Positions 11,884 through 25,230 of a stretch of DNA of 64,000 bases are shown here, one piece after another. Below the pieces are notes generated by a model. It was not told the origin of the DNA. It saw only the letters and a list, made by a program, of their open reading frames with translations, and searched no databases. Source of the DNA: Squalus acanthias. Taxonomy: Eukaryota. The stretch spans positions 239,320,001-239,384,000 of the forward strand of contig CM059425.1 of NCBI GenBank assembly GCA_030390025.1. Reading direction: 5' to 3'. The position numbers were made by a program, and so were the translations under genes. The first letter of the stretch is position 1; every line of letters begins with the position of its first letter.

Positions 11884-12031
11884 CAGGGTTCCCTTTAATT
11901 GTTTTTGGGTGCACGGCCCCTTTAAGGGGCTGCGCGCCCCAGTCAACATGCCACGCGTGCGCGGCTTTTCCTGTTTATAAGCCGGTTGCACGGGAGCTGC
12001 AGAGCGGCCGCGCAGCTTAAAGGGAACACTA
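11884..12031. mobile_element. hAT-like MITE (~150 bp), copy 1
   Basis: TIRs cagggttccctttaa / ttaaagggaacacta; homologous to 17412-17563 and 40896-41058; no TSD recognisable here. Confidence 0.65.
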
Positions 12032-12162
12032 AAGGATTATTTTCTTCAAATCTATTTGCAGCTTGCTTTTTTGAGATGATTGGGATGTTCCCTGGTGCGA
12101 ATGACTTAGCTGGCTTTATTGGAGCATTGCTGTCACTGGACTTCTGGAACTGCCAGTGACTG

Positions 12163-12490
12163 GAATCATAAAATCCTACTGCACAGAAGGAGGCCATTCG
12201 GCCCATTGTGTCTGTGCCAGCTCTCTGAAAGAGCTGTCCAATTAGTCCTACTTCCCTGCTCTTTCCCCGTAGCCCTGCAATTTGTTCCTTTTTAAGTATA
12301 TATCCAATTCCCTTTTGCAAGTTACTATTGAATCTGCTTCCACCACCCTTTCAGGCAGTGCATTCCAGATCATAACCACTCACTGCGTTTTTTTTAAAAA
12401 AGTAAATAAATAAATTCCTTATCTTCCTCTGGTTCTTTCACCAATTATCTTAAGCCTGTGTCCTCTGGTTACTGCCCTTTCTGCCACTTT
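12163..12490 (-). mobile_element. CR1 3' UTR fragment
   Basis: gaaggaggccattcggccc...ccaccaccctttcaggcagtgcattccagat. Confidence 0.8.
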
Positions 12491-12765
12491 TCTGCATATT
12501 TAACAAAATTTCAAAATAAAATTCAGCTGTGAGCTATGCACGGACGGGAAGTTGTGTTTAACACTGTGTGCCTGTCACTTGTGCAAGGACCCGCAGGCAG
12601 GCTAGCTTTATGTCCGAACGATGTGATACATATCTGGAAAAAGATCTAACACTACGCACGTGTTCGAGATAAAAGCAGCAGCTCTGACACAATAATCCAC
12701 TCATCACTCCAGGGCCAATATCTCACTCGCTTGAGGTCACATGATCAGCTATCAGTAGACCATTT

Positions 12766-13940
12766 CAGTATTGCCAACTCTCTCTAATCTATCGCGAGAG
12801 ATGCGATTTCTGCGTGAAGTAAAGAATCACTCATGATCTCGCAACGGAACTCCGAAATCTCGGATTTTTTTGGGATTCGCGGCGAATGCCTGCTGATGTC
12901 AATTTGCCAAATTGCGCATGCGTGGAAAAAAAGGCGATTTGCGCATGCGTGAGAAATTTGCGACCATCATCGAAAAGCAGCACCAGCTCCTGGGAGGTGG
13001 TAACCTGGCAACGAGCACCAGAAGTCGATAATAACGACTTGCATTTATATAGCTCCTTTAAAGTAGTAAAACTTCCCAAGTCGCTTCACAGTAGCATTAT
13101 CAAACAAAATTTGACACCGAGCCACATGAGATATTAGGACAGGTGAAAGAGGTAGGCCTTCAGGAGTGTCTTAAAGGAGGAAAGAGAGGTAGAGGCGGAG
13201 AGGTTTAGGGCAGGAATTCCAGAGCTTGGGGTCTAGGTAGCTGCAGACACGGTCGTCAGTGGTGGAGCGATTTAAAATTGGGGATGCGCAAGAGGCCAGA
13301 ATTGGAGGAGAGCAGATATCTCGGAGGGTTGTAGGACTGGAAGAGGTAATATTCTGGGAAGAGTAACGGTCAAGAGCGAGGCCGGCCTGCGAGGCGAGTG
13401 ACGTGACCGCTGGGCCGCCGATCCACCCCACCACCTCCCAAATCGGTCAGCGAGACTCGAGGATGTGCTGCTGTACGGCCAGCTGACTGCTCAAGAGCTG
13501 AGGGGGGATCTGTGTAGGGAGGGTGCTCTCCGGGGGCAGGGGGCATATGTAAATGTGGGGCTGCCCGGGAGAATCCGAGGGGTGGGTCACTGTTTTCCCC
13601 CCACCTCCGGAGGTTGGTATTAGTATTGATGATCCAAGGTGACCCAGACCCAGAGCGAGCAGCCCCCTCCCGGAGTGGCTTAAACTGAGAGGCATAGCAA
13701 CGTGGTGATAACAGGTAGGATTTTTAAAACTTATTTTCAGATGCAGTAATAAAGTTTTTGTAAAGAGCTCTGACCTGTTAGAGATTAAATAAGTCACTAA
13801 TGAGGTTTATAAACCAAACTGTCAATCTATATTGGTTTATGTTTTGGAAAAAAAATAGCAACTCATGATTTCTATATCAAATCTCTTGATTTTTAAGAGT
13901 TTGTCTCTTGATTTATGAGACGGTGGGGTTGGCATTATTG
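12766..13940. mobile_element. Non-autonomous DNA transposon with 6-bp TSD, containing nested L2 3' fragment (~13030-13347, minus)
   Basis: Termini cagtattgccaac / gttggcattattg (11/13 inverted match); ccattt directly flanks both ends (12760-12765, 13941-13946). Confidence 0.6.
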
Positions 13941-14009
13941 CCATTTTGTGCATCCACCATTGCAAAGCTGTTCCGTCTGAGTACTTATCCATTACCTTTC
14001 TCTGGAGTC

Positions 14010-14405
14010 AGGGAATAGCTTCTCCTTATTTACTCTATGAAAACCCTTCATGATTTTGAATGCCTCTATTCAATCTCCCCTTAACCTTCTCTGCTCTGAG
14101 GAGAATAACCCCAGCTTCTCCAGTCTCTCCATGTAACTGAAGTCCCTCATCCCTGGTACCATTCTAGTAAATCTCCTCTGCACCTTCTCTAAGGCCTTGA
14201 CATCCTTCCTAAAGTGTGGTGCCCAGAATTGGATACAATACTCTAGCTGAGGCCTAACCAGTGATTTATAAAGGTTTACCATAACTTCCTTGCTTTTGTA
14301 CACTATGCCTCTATTTATAAAGCCAAGGATACCATTTTTTTTTTTTTAACAGCCTTATCAACTTGCTCTGCCATCTTCAAAGATTTGTGTATGTGAACCC
14401 TTAGG
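14010..14405 (-). mobile_element. CR1 ORF2 fragment
   Basis: ORF 14070..14303 [19 protein letters not shown]...RRLRGD. Confidence 0.9.
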
Positions 14406-14513
14406 CCATGAAATGGATTTGGTTTGGAAGGTGGAGAAGAGCGCACTGCCCTCAGAAGATAAACCATGTACCTTAACTGCTAACATGTATAATCATGTGA
14501 AGGGATAATTACA

Positions 14514-15417
14514 TGTCCTAGCCCTTTTGGACTACCCCAGATCAGGCGTATTCCCCAGACGTTCACCTTCAACTAAAGTTAGCGGTAGCCGAATCCCAGA
14601 GACGCTTAATTGGGTCTAAAGGTCAGACTACCTCTCCCTAAAGGGAAGAAACGGCCTGAAGATGTTTCCGTCCTCCGGATAGCACTTTTAACAAGTTTAA
14701 CTAGACTGTAACCTTTCGGAAAACCCCCCAGAATTCTGCAACTCCTCACTGAAGAGTGTACAGAAATTGAGTTCGCGAGATTGATACAGAAATACTCTTT
14801 GAGACAATTTTAAAAATATATAGATTTATTTAAGAGCCGACATTTAGTTAATAGCTGGTATGGCAATTGCAACTTTAACCATTCAAAATACAAATAGCTT
14901 ACATTTCTTATCAGAGATCCTTATTCTCAAATCTTAATTTGGTTACATTTCCACACTTCTACTTATTTCTTAATCCAGAATATCCACCAAAATCAAATAC
15001 CTTGATTACCCGAGACTCAGAGTTAAAAACTTGGAGCGTGCCTGTGAAGTTGAGAAACGCTTGCCCTTCCAGCGACTTCTGACTCTCTATCTGAAAAGCT
15101 CTATTTTATACCTTTTTTAGTGGTATATCCTTTGAAGTGGTCTGCTGATGTAAGCTAATTATCTCTAGCCATTCTCGATTGAATTCTTTTCTATTCTTAC
15201 TGTCATTTCAGCTGCCAACTTTTAGAATTCTGTCTCTACCTTTTTAGATGTTTCAAAAACTATCATAAAACGGTTATTACAGATTTATCTTTTTGATGCC
15301 ATTCTTAGGAAGTCTTTCTATTGAATTCTTAATATCACTTAACTGCTTGTAAGCCAGACGTCGTAACTCGGTGGTGTTCCAAGTTCAATACAAACACAAT
15401 TTAATTGCTTGGTGTCA
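14514..15417 (-). mobile_element. Possible solo LTR
   Basis: TG...CA ends; minus-strand TATAAAA (~15110) upstream of AATAAA (~14830); no convincing TSD. Confidence 0.3.
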
Positions 15418-16564
15418 TCTATTGATATATTTTCAAAGCCTTCCTATGTGTACCTTTTACAATATGTAAATCAAAACCACTTCTCTTAGGGTTTTTTTTG
15501 CATTTCTTAGCTATTTCAATTGGTTGCATATTTAATCGTGTTTCCTGTCTTATTCGATACTTTATGAAGGCATATGGTTGTTTTAATGTTCTGTGTTTCT
15601 TGTTCAAAGTGTTAGATTTCAACACTTTACTTGGGTCATTCCATTGTGTTTCTCCCAAACTCCAGACATTCTGGAAGCGCCAATGGTTTGCTTCAATAGG
15701 GGCATTGTTTTTGTATTTACAAACCAATTCCCATTTCAAAGCTTGTGGTGTTTTACAGCTTTGTGTTAACACTTCACCTTATCTCAGAAGCCTGTATTGT
15801 GTTTGCAGCCTGTGTTGCTGAGGCTTTCCAGACTTTTAAACTCAGTATGTCATGTATTAATATCAGAAATCTGTTCATAGGATGATGTATTTCTTGGAAT
15901 ATGGCTATTTCCTTCACACATGTACTTGACTGCTTTTGCCCTTACAAAAAAAGGCTTGAGGGTTGGGGATATCTGTAGCTTCATTTATAATGAGCCTTGT
16001 ACCACTGGACCTTCAGTCTAAATCTTTGTCTCCACGTGTCATACAGGTTATATTTAGGGTTGCCTTTGAGCAGTCAGCATTCTTGGGGGCTATTATGAAG
16101 CTAATGGTCAGCTTTTGCTTGTTTTTCAAGTTGGCATGGACTAACCGAGGTAGAAGAGCACAGTTTGCCTACCCATGTCTCACTTGTGTATGGTGCTTGA
16201 CAAGGGGGAGTAAGAGAATGGAAAATACTCCAGCTTTGCATGTAGAATGTTTGGTATACAAAATTTTCCTTATCCTTGAATTTTGTTTAGTAAATGATCA
16301 GGCTGAAAAGTTTCCATTATTTATAAATGGGTCGTATTTGGTTCTGTTCTGCTATTTTAATATCTTAATCTGTGGTTTACAATTTTCCTGGTATTTTGAC
16401 TGTTGTAAATATGGAGCCTTCATACATCATGCATTTACAAAATATGAAGTTATGATTTGAGATTAAAATATGAAGCAGCAGCTTCATGAATTCATGGACA
16501 TTTTTCTGCTGCGTTTGATCCAAGCTGCTTCCTCTCCATTTTCAATGTTGACCTGTACTGTTTT

Positions 16565-18200
16565 ACAACAACCTGCATTTATATAGCTCCTTTAACGTAG
16601 TAAAACATTTCCTGGCACTTCACAGGAGCGTTTTCAAACAACATTTGACACCGAGCCACATAAAAGAGATACTAGGACAGGTAAAGTCTGTCCTGGGGAC
16701 AAAGTAACTTCTCCATGTGCAAGATATCAGGCACTTTATATGAGAAAAAACATCAGGCACTTTAGTTATGTGGAGAAGCTGGGATTGCTCCCCTTGGAGC
16801 AGATAAGGGGAGGTTTAGAAGAGGTGTTTAAAATTATGAAGGGTTTTGATAGAATAAATAAGAAGAAACTGTTTCCAGTGGCAGAAGGGTTGATAACCTG
16901 AGGACACAGATTTAAGGTGATTGGCAAAAGAACCAGAGGCGACATGCATCAATGCTATTCGCCTCAGCTACTCTTTATGGTAGCAAGTTCCACATTCTGA
17001 ACACTTTCTGTGTAAAGAGGTTTCTCCTGAATTCCCTATTGGATTTATTAGTGACTATCTTACATTTATGGCCCCTGGTTCTAGTCTCGCCTGCAAGTGG
17101 AAACATCTTTTCTACGTCTATCCTATCAAACCCTTTCATAATCTTAAAGACCTCCTATCCGGTCATCCCTCGGTCTTCTATCTTCTAGAGAAAATAGCAC
17201 CAACTTGTTCAATCTTTCCTGATGGGTATAACCTCTGTTCTGGTATCATTCTAGTAAATCATTTTTGCACCTTCTCCAGTGCCTCTATATCCTTTTTATA
17301 ATATAGAGACCAGAGCTGTTCACAGTATTCAAGTGTGATCGACCCAAGGTTCTATACAAATTTAACAACTTCTCTGCTTTTCAATTTTATCCCTCTAGAA
17401 ATGAACCCCAGCATGTGTTCCCTCTAATTTTTATTTTAGGTGCATGGTCCCTTTAAATTTACTGCCCGGCAGCACATGCGCAGTATCTTTTCCCGCGTTA
17501 CAGCTGGTGAGTGGCCTGCGCAGGACCGCCTGGTCGCGGCCGCGCAGCTTAGGGAGATCGTTGCACCCCAGTGCTTTGTTTGCGTTTTTTTATGGCCTTA
17601 TTAACCTGTGTAGCTACTTTTTGTGATTGGTGTATCTGTACCCCCAGATCCCCCTCTTCCTCTACCCCATATAAACACTTATTTTCCAAGAATATGTGGC
17701 CTCCTTATTCTTTCTACCAAACTATACTACTTCACACTTATCTGTATTGAAGTTCATTTGCCAATTACACGCCCATTCTGCAAGTTTATTAATGTCTTCC
17801 TGTACTTCGTGTCGTAGTCCTCCTCTGTATTAACTACACCCCCTAATTTGATGTCATCCACAAATTTTGAAATTGTACTTCCGATTCCTGAATCCAAATT
17901 GTTTATGTAAATCTTGACCAGTGGTTCCAGCACTGATCCTTGTGGAACACACCTTCCCACCATTTGCCAATTTGAATAACTACCTTTAACCCCTCTCCCT
18001 GTTTTCTGTTTTGTAACCAGCTTGCTATCCATTCTGGTACTTGTCCCCTGACTCCATATGTTCTGACCTTAGTCATTATACATAAAAAGGAAATATCTGC
18101 GGGCTATGGGGAAAGAGCAGGGGAGTGGGACTAATTGGATAGCTCTACCAAAGATCTGGCTCGGCTCCTGCTGTGCTGTAAGATTCTGTCATTCTATCAT
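16565..18200. mobile_element. Cluster: L2 tail (-), CR1 fragment (+, ~16755-16945), CR1 (-, ~16946-18078), CR1 tail (+)
   Basis: ORF 17754..18032 VPQGSVL..ISKFVDDIKLGG; CR1 3' UTR motifs. Confidence 0.8.
17412..17563. mobile_element. hAT-like MITE, copy 2, inserted in CR1
   Basis: 8-bp TSD aaccccag/caccccag at 17404-17411 and 17564-17571. Confidence 0.7.
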
Positions 18201-18335
18201 TCTCCAATTTGAAACCTGTGTGTAATCCAACCCAAAAATAATGGCTTGCTGTAACTTTCGTTTTAAAAGAGGCTTTATAATGGGTTGTTGTATACTGAAT
18301 TCTTTAATTGCTTCTTATGATTTGATGTATTTCAG

Positions 18336-18450
18336 AGTGGTGAACATGCTCGGAGAAGTGTGCTGCTTAATAATGATGAGATGATGACATTTTACTATCA
18401 GGATGTAAAAACATTAAATGATGTGTTAAAAAGGGGTTTAATTGTATCTG
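18336..18450 (+). CDS. ACSL1: ACSL1 exon 3 (SGEHARRSVLLNNDEMMTFYYQDVKTLNDVLKRGLIVS)
   Basis: tttcag| ... G|gtaagt; 115 nt; homologous to recalled GSGGARRSALL...RGIQVS. Confidence 0.93.
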
Positions 18451-19124
18451 GTAAGTATTGCCTAATAAGCTGTTCTTTGGATGATAAAAGTGTAAGTCCA
18501 TATTTTTGCTGTAGAGATAGATATATCTATAGCAAAATTCAAATTATCAATAGTCATTTCCATCATGTCCAGTTTTACTATTGGGGGCATGCAGTGGAGG
18601 TGAAGCCTTTCTCCCAGGGAGATAGCAAAATTCATGGACAATCAGCTGTACCTGCAAGTAGCTGGCTACAGTGCACCACTGACTGAACCCTAGAAGGGGA
18701 ATGTTTGCCTGCCTTGATGGTGAGAACTATGAAGGAACCTGCAGTGAAGAATACATTTATATTTTTTGCAGCGTGGAAGGGAACGAACAAAATGCGCAGC
18801 CAATTTTTTTTTTTTTGCAACTGTAATTTGAGATGGTAAAGCTCTAAAATCTACCTTATTCCAAACTGGTGCTCTTGTTTTTGCACTAAATGTTTCTATT
18901 TATACCATAAAACGTTATGTTATCACTACTCCCCAGGTGCTCACCCACATTTGATTACTCTACCTGATCAATTTAATTACTCGTAAGTAGATCTAGCAAT
19001 GCCTCCCCCCTTGTAGGCATGCAAACATAGTGCTTGAATAAGGAGTTGTGTACACATTTTGATTTTTTTTTTCAATGTTTACTCCCTTCCCAATCAATGA
19101 GTGGGTAATTAAAATCTCTGCAAT

Positions 19125-20215
19125 TGGTCTCTCCAAATAACTGAAGTCCCTCACCCCTGGTACCATTCTAGTAAATCTCTTCTGCACTCTAAGGTCTTGA
19201 CATCCTTCCTAAAGTGTGGTGCCCGGAATTGAACACAATACTCCAGCTGAGGCCTAACCAGTGTTTTATAAAGTTTAGCATAACTTCCTTGCTTTTGCAC
19301 TCTATTCCTCTATTAATAAAGCCAAGGATCCCATATGCTTTTTTAAACCGCCTTCTCAACTTGTCCTGCCACCTTCAAAGATTTGTGTATGCACACCCCC
19401 AGGTCTCTCTCTTCCTGCACCCCATTAAAATTGTATCATTTGTTTTATACTGCCTCTCCTCATTCTTCCTACCAAAATCTTCACACTTCCCTGTGTTAAA
19501 TCTCATCTGCCATGTGTCTACCCATTTCTCCAGTCTGTTTATGTCCTCCTGAAGTCTGTTACTATCCTCTTCGTTCACTACATTTACGAGTTTCGTGTCA
19601 TCTGCAAACTTTGAAATTATGCCCTGTGTACCCAAGTCCAGGTCATTAATATACATCAAAAAGAGCAGTGGTCCAAATACCGAAATGTTCTGAGTGACTT
19701 ATCCACACTCACCATTGAATCCCCAGCCTAGTCAAATTCCTGTTCTGTCAATACCATTTTTGCTTTGTTCCCGCCCCCCACTCTATTACCGCTCACTCTG
19801 GGGTGCTGTTGAATTTTGCAAGAACTTGGTTCGGTGGCAGTTGGAGTATTATGTACAGTTTTGGGCACATCATTATAGGAAAGATATACAAGTAACAGAA
19901 AAAGTCCAATGTAGATTCACTAAAATGTTACCAGAGATGAGAGAAAGTTCTGAAGAGAAACTGTTTGTGATTTTTTTATTTGAGCTGAGCAGGTTAAAGG
20001 CGTCCTCAAGATTGCGAATGATGAGGTAAATAGTGATGGTCTCCACTTGTAGTCAGAGGGCACAAAAGAACTAAAAGGGAGATTAGCAAAAGCGTCTTTA
20101 CAGAGCGGGTTGTTAGAATGTGAAATTCTCTACTGGAAACTGGCATTGAAGCAGAGCTCTCAAATTCTTTTGAAAGGGAATTAGGGTTGCTTCTTGAAAA
20201 AGTTGTATATTAAAA
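19125..20215. mobile_element. CR1 fragments (- at ~19125-19683; older + at ~19815-20215)
   Basis: ORFs 19375..19659 (ISKFADDTKL) and 19694..20029 (QLEYYVQFWAHHYRKD). Confidence 0.82.
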
Positions 20216-20331
20216 TGTGTGTGTGTGTGTGATAGATTGTTAGTTTAACACCTTAAAATTACTGTGGATTATTCATCAAGGTGAGTTAGGATCTTTTGTA
20301 CGCAGAGTGTTAACTTTTGATTTTTTTTTAG

Positions 20332-20396
20332 ATAATGGTCCCTGTTTGGGTTTCAGGAACCCAGATCAACCTTACCAGTGGATATCCTACCGAGAA
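20332..20396 (+). CDS. ACSL1: ACSL1 exon 4 (DNGPCLGFRNPDQPYQWISYRE)
   Basis: ttttttttag| ... GAA|gtaagt; 65 nt; NGPCLG...QPYxWxSY motif. Confidence 0.95.
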
Positions 20397-20689
20397 GTAA
20401 GTAACTTTGTTCTTTTTCCTACGAGGATCTTAATGGATACGTAGAAATCCAAGGTCTGAACACATTTGTTGGTGGGTTAAGGCTCAGGTATTGTTTGTTT
20501 CAAAGAATTTGAGGAAAACTGTGGGCCATACTTCCCATTTATGATGACACTGGAGGAGAACTTTTTGCTGATCCAAGTTGCACAAGAAAAAAAGAATCCT
20601 GGTGACAGGTTGTTTAAAATCATAGACACATCCCCCTCCAATGCCTCTCTTCCACTGTCCATCTCTCTTGGTTCCACTCTTACCCATTC

Positions 20690-21662
20690 AATCGTAACCA
20701 GAGCATCTCCAGAAATGGTTTCTCTACCCATCCCCGCACTATTACTTCTAGAGTGTCCCAAGGATCTATCCTTGGCCCCCTCCTCTTCCTAATCTATATG
20801 CTGCCCCTTGGCAACATCATCCGAAAATATGGAGTCAGCTTCTACATGTATGCTGATGGCACCAGCTCTACCTCTCCCGACCCCTCCACTGCCTTTGTGC
20901 TGTAAAACTGCTTGCCTGATATCTAGTCTTGGATTAGCTACAATTTTCTTCAGTTAAACATTCGGAAGATCGATTGAAACATCTCGGCCCCTGCCACAAA
21001 CTCCATACCTTTGCCACTGATTCCATCCCCTTCTGTGGCCAGTGACTCAGACTGAACCAGACTATTGACAACCTCTGCGTCCTGTTTAACCCCGAGCTAA
21101 GCTTCCAACCTGATGAGCCTCTCCATCACAGACTGTCTCCTTCCACCTCTAACATCGCCCGCCTCCACCACTGCCTCAGTCCATCTAGGTTTCATCACAA
21201 GATGCGTAGAATATAAAAGCCATGAGGTAATGATCAGCCTATATAAAGCCTTAAGACCTCAGTTAGAGTACTGTGTGCACTATTGGGCTCCGTACTACAA
21301 CAATAACAACAACTTGCTTGCTTTCGTATACTGTGTTTAACGTAGTAAAATGTTCCCAAGGCACTTCACAGGAGCGTTGTCAAACAAAATTTGACACCAA
21401 ACCACAAAAAGATATTGTGACAGGTGACCAAAGAGGTAGGTTTTGAGGAGTGTCTTAAAGGAAGTCAGAGAAGCGGAGAGGTTTATGGAGGGAATTCCAG
21501 AGGTTGGATCGTAGGCAGCTGAAAGCACAGCCGCCAGTGGTGGGGCGATGAAAATCGGGGATGCACAAGAAGCCAGACTTGGTGGAGTGCAAGAGGCCAG
21601 AATTGGTGTAGCGCAGAGATCTCTGAGGTTTATAAGGCTGGGGGAGATTACAGAGATAGAGA
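20690..21662. mobile_element. L2 fragments (+ at ~20690-21185; - at ~21295-21662) around a short CR1 piece
   Basis: Homology to 6310-8228 in both orientations; caa-repeat tail at ~21297. Confidence 0.75.
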
Positions 21663-21771
21663 AGATGTACTATATAGCTTCAATGATTCCTAAAATGTTA
21701 GTGACCAGTTTTGATGTGTAATCAAAAGTCTTCAAATTGTATCCTGGTATTTGGTTAGCTTTATTGGTACC

Positions 21772-24700
21772 ATAGAATCATAGAAATTTACAACACAGAA
21801 GGATGCCATTCGACACATCGTATCTGTGCCGGCTGAAAGTGCTATCTAGCTTAATCCAACTTTCCAGCTCTTCGTCCGTAGACCTGTAGGTTATGGCATT
21901 TCAAGTGCATATCCAAGTAGTTTTTAATTGCGATGAGGGTTTCTGCCTCTAACATCCTTTCAGGTAGTGAGTTCCAGACGGCCCACCACCCTCTGGGTGA
22001 TTATGTTCTCCTTGACTCCTCTCTAATCCTTCTACCAATTACTTTAAATCTGTGCCCCATGGTTATTGACCTCTCTGCTAAGGGAAATAGGTCCTTCCTA
22101 TCCACTCTATCTAGGCCCCTCATAATTTTATACACCTTAATTAAGTCTCCCCTCAGCCTCATAGAGTCATAGAGTTATACAGCACAGAAAGAGGCCCTTC
22201 GGCCCATCGTGTCCACACCGGCCTTCAAGCCCTGTCTATTTTAATCCCATTTTCCAGCACTTGGTCCGTAGCCTTGTATGCTATGGTGTTTCAAGTGCTC
22301 ATCTAAATGCTTCTTGAATGTTGAGGGTTCCTGCCTCTACCACCCTTTCAGGCAGTGAGTTCCAGATTCCAACCACCCTCTGGGTGAAAAGTTTTTCCTC
22401 AAATCCCCTCTAAACCTCCTGCCCCTTACCTTGAAACTATGCCCCCTGGTTATTGACCCCTCTACTCAGGGGAAAAGTTCCTTTCTATCTACCCTATCTA
22501 TGCCCCTCATAATTTTGTACACCTCAATCCGGTCCCCCCTCCGCCTTCTCTGCTCTAAGGAAAACAACCCCTGCCTGTCCAGTCTCTCTTCATAGCTGAA
22601 GCGCTGCAGCCCAGGTAACATCCTGGTGAATCTCCTCTGCACCCTCTCCAATGCAATCACATCCTTCCTATAGTGTGGCGACCAGAACTGCACACAGTAT
22701 TCCAGCTGTGGCCTAACTAGCGTTTTGTACAGCTCCATCATAACCTCCCTGCTCTTGCCTTCATTAGCTGAGGCATAGAATATAAGTATCCCATATGCCT
22801 TTTTAACCACCTTATCTACCTGTCCTGCTGCCTTCAGGGATCTATGTACATGCATGCCAAGGTCCCTCTGATCCTCTGTCCTTCCTAGGGTCCTACCATT
22901 CATTGTGTATTCCCTTGCCTTGTTAGTCCTCCCAAAATGCATCACCTCACACTTTTCAGGGTTAAATTCCATTTGCCACTGTTCTGCCCATCTGACCAAC
23001 CCATCTCTATCGTCCTGTAGCCTGAGGCTTCCCTCCTCGCTATTTACCACCCCACCAATTTTCGTGTCCTCTGCAAACTTACTGATCATACCTCCTACAT
23101 TCATATCTAAATTATTAATGTACACTACAAACAGCAAAGGACCCAGCACTGATCCCTGCGGTACACCACTGGACACAGGCTTCCAGTCACAAAAACAACC
23201 TTCGACCATCACCCTCTGCCTCCTGCCACTAAGCCAATTTTGGATCCAATGTGCCAAGTTGCCCTGGATCCCATGGGCTTTTACCTTCTTGACCAGTCTC
23301 CCATGCGGGACTTTGTCAAAAGTCTTACTGAAGTCCATGTAGACCACATCAACTACCCTCATCCACACACCTAGTCACCCCCTCGAAATTCAATCAAATT
23401 GGTCAGACATGATCTCCCCTGACAAAGCCATGCTGACTATCTTTGATTAATCCTTGCCTCTCCAAGTGGAGACTAATTTTGTCCCTCAGAATTTTTTCCA
23501 ATAATTTCCCTACCACTGATGTTAGGCTCACTGGCCTGTAATTCCCTGGTTTATCCCTACTACCCTTCTTGAATAATGGTACTACGTTAGCTGTTCTCCA
23601 GTCCTCTGGCACCTCCCCTGTGGCCAGAGATGTTCTGAAAATTTGTGTCAGAGCCCCTGCAATCTCCTCCCTTGCCTCACACAGCATCCTGGGATGCATC
23701 TCGACTGGGCCTGGGGATTTATCCACTTTTAAGCCTGCTAAAACCGCTAGTACCTCCTCCCTCTCGATACTAATTTGTTCAAGTATATCACAATCCCCCT
23801 GCCTGATTTCTATGCCTACGTCGTCCTTCTCCATATTGAACACAGATGTAAAATATTCATTTAAAATCCCATCTACATCTTCTGGCTCTACACACAGATT
23901 GTCACTTTGGTCCCTAATGGGCCCTATTCTTTCCCTGGTTATCCTCTTGCCCTTAATATACTTATAAAACACCTTGGGATTTTCCTTTATTTTGCCCGCC
24001 AGTGTTATTTCATGCCCCCTCTTCGCTCTCCTAATTTATTTTTTAAGTACCCCCCTGCACTTTCTATACTCCTCTAGGGCTTCCACTGTTTTTAGTCCTT
24101 TGTATCTGCCAAAAGCCTCCCTTTTTTTCCTAATCCATTCTCGTATATCCCTTGACATCCAGTGTTCCCTGGGCTTGTTGGTCCCACCCTTCACCTTTAC
24201 GGGAACATGTTGGCATTGTACTCTCTTTATTTCCTTTCTGAAAGACTCCCACTGCTCTGATGTGGATTTTCCTACAAGTAGCTGATCCCAGTCCACTTTG
24301 GCCAGCTCCTGCCTTATCATATTAAAATCGGCCTTCCCCCCCCCAATTTAGAACCTTTATTTCCGGTCCATCTTTGTCCTTTTCCATGACTACCTTAAAT
24401 CTCACCAAATTATGGTCACTGTCACCAAAATGCTCTCCTACTAACACTTCTACCACTTGCCCGGCTGCATTCCCTAGAATTAGGTCCAGTACCGCCCCCT
24501 CTCTTGTAGGACTTTCTACATGCTGGCTCAAAAAGCTCTCCTGGATGCACTTTAAGAATTCCGCACCCTCTAAGCCTTTCACACTCTGAATATCTCTGTT
24601 CCAAAGAAAACAACCCCAGCCTATCCAATCTTTCCTCATAGCTAAAATTCTCCAGTCCTGACAACAGCCTCGTAAATCTCTTCTGTACCCTCTCTAGTGC

Positions 24701-24778
24701 AATCACATCTTTCCTGTAATGTGGTGACCAGAACTGTATGCAGTACTCTAGCTGTGGCCTAACTAGTGTTTTATACTC
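21772..24778 (-). mobile_element. CR1 (21772-22160 + ~24591-24778) interrupted by a younger ~2.4-kb CR1 (~22161-24590)
   Basis: ORFs 22466..23368 (RT: [28 protein letters not shown]), 23403..23972 (KSPGP, NYRPVSLTS), 24036..24320, 24322..24639 (endonuclease C-terminus SDHNLV); host resumes cctcagcct|...|tctctgttccaaag. Confidence 0.9.
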
Positions 24779-25128
24779 ACCAGTTTTATTGTCTGGATAA
24801 ATTGTTGAATGATCATTTATCATTTACTTAGAGCCTTTGTTTTCTTGCAATGATGTGAATGTTCTCAATTTCATTTATGTTCATGAGACTGATTTTAAAA
24901 TCTAAATCTTGCCTTGTACACTTTGTATGCAAATCATTGGACCTCACCACCCAAAATAAAAACAATTTGAAATGTGGGATGATCGACAAACTATATTAGG
25001 ACCATCATGTTTTTGGGGAATTGGATCCGACTGATGTGTATTTTTTTTCTCTATGTAAATAGTTACATTACTGACCAGGAAGATGAGATGGTTATGTTTG
25101 CATTGATGTTCCTCACCTTGTTTTTTAG

Positions 25129-25230
25129 GTTACGGACAGGGCAGAATTTGTGGGTTCGGGATTATTCAGTCGAGGGTGGCAACCAGGGAATAATCACTGT
25201 ATAGGAATATTTTCACAGAACAGACCAGAG
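25129..25230 (+). CDS. ACSL1: ACSL1 exon 5 (VTDRAEFVGSGLFSRGWQPGNNHCIGIFSQNRPE)
   Basis: ttttttag| ... GAG|gtgagc; 102 nt; IGIFxQNRPE motif. Confidence 0.95.

Noticed and set aside
22466-23972. RT-like ORFs of 300 and 189 aa as a functional gene or active LINE
   Set aside because: 5'-truncated, frameshifted CR1 ORF2; the catalytic motif reads FAED instead of FADD. No intact autonomous element anywhere in the window.
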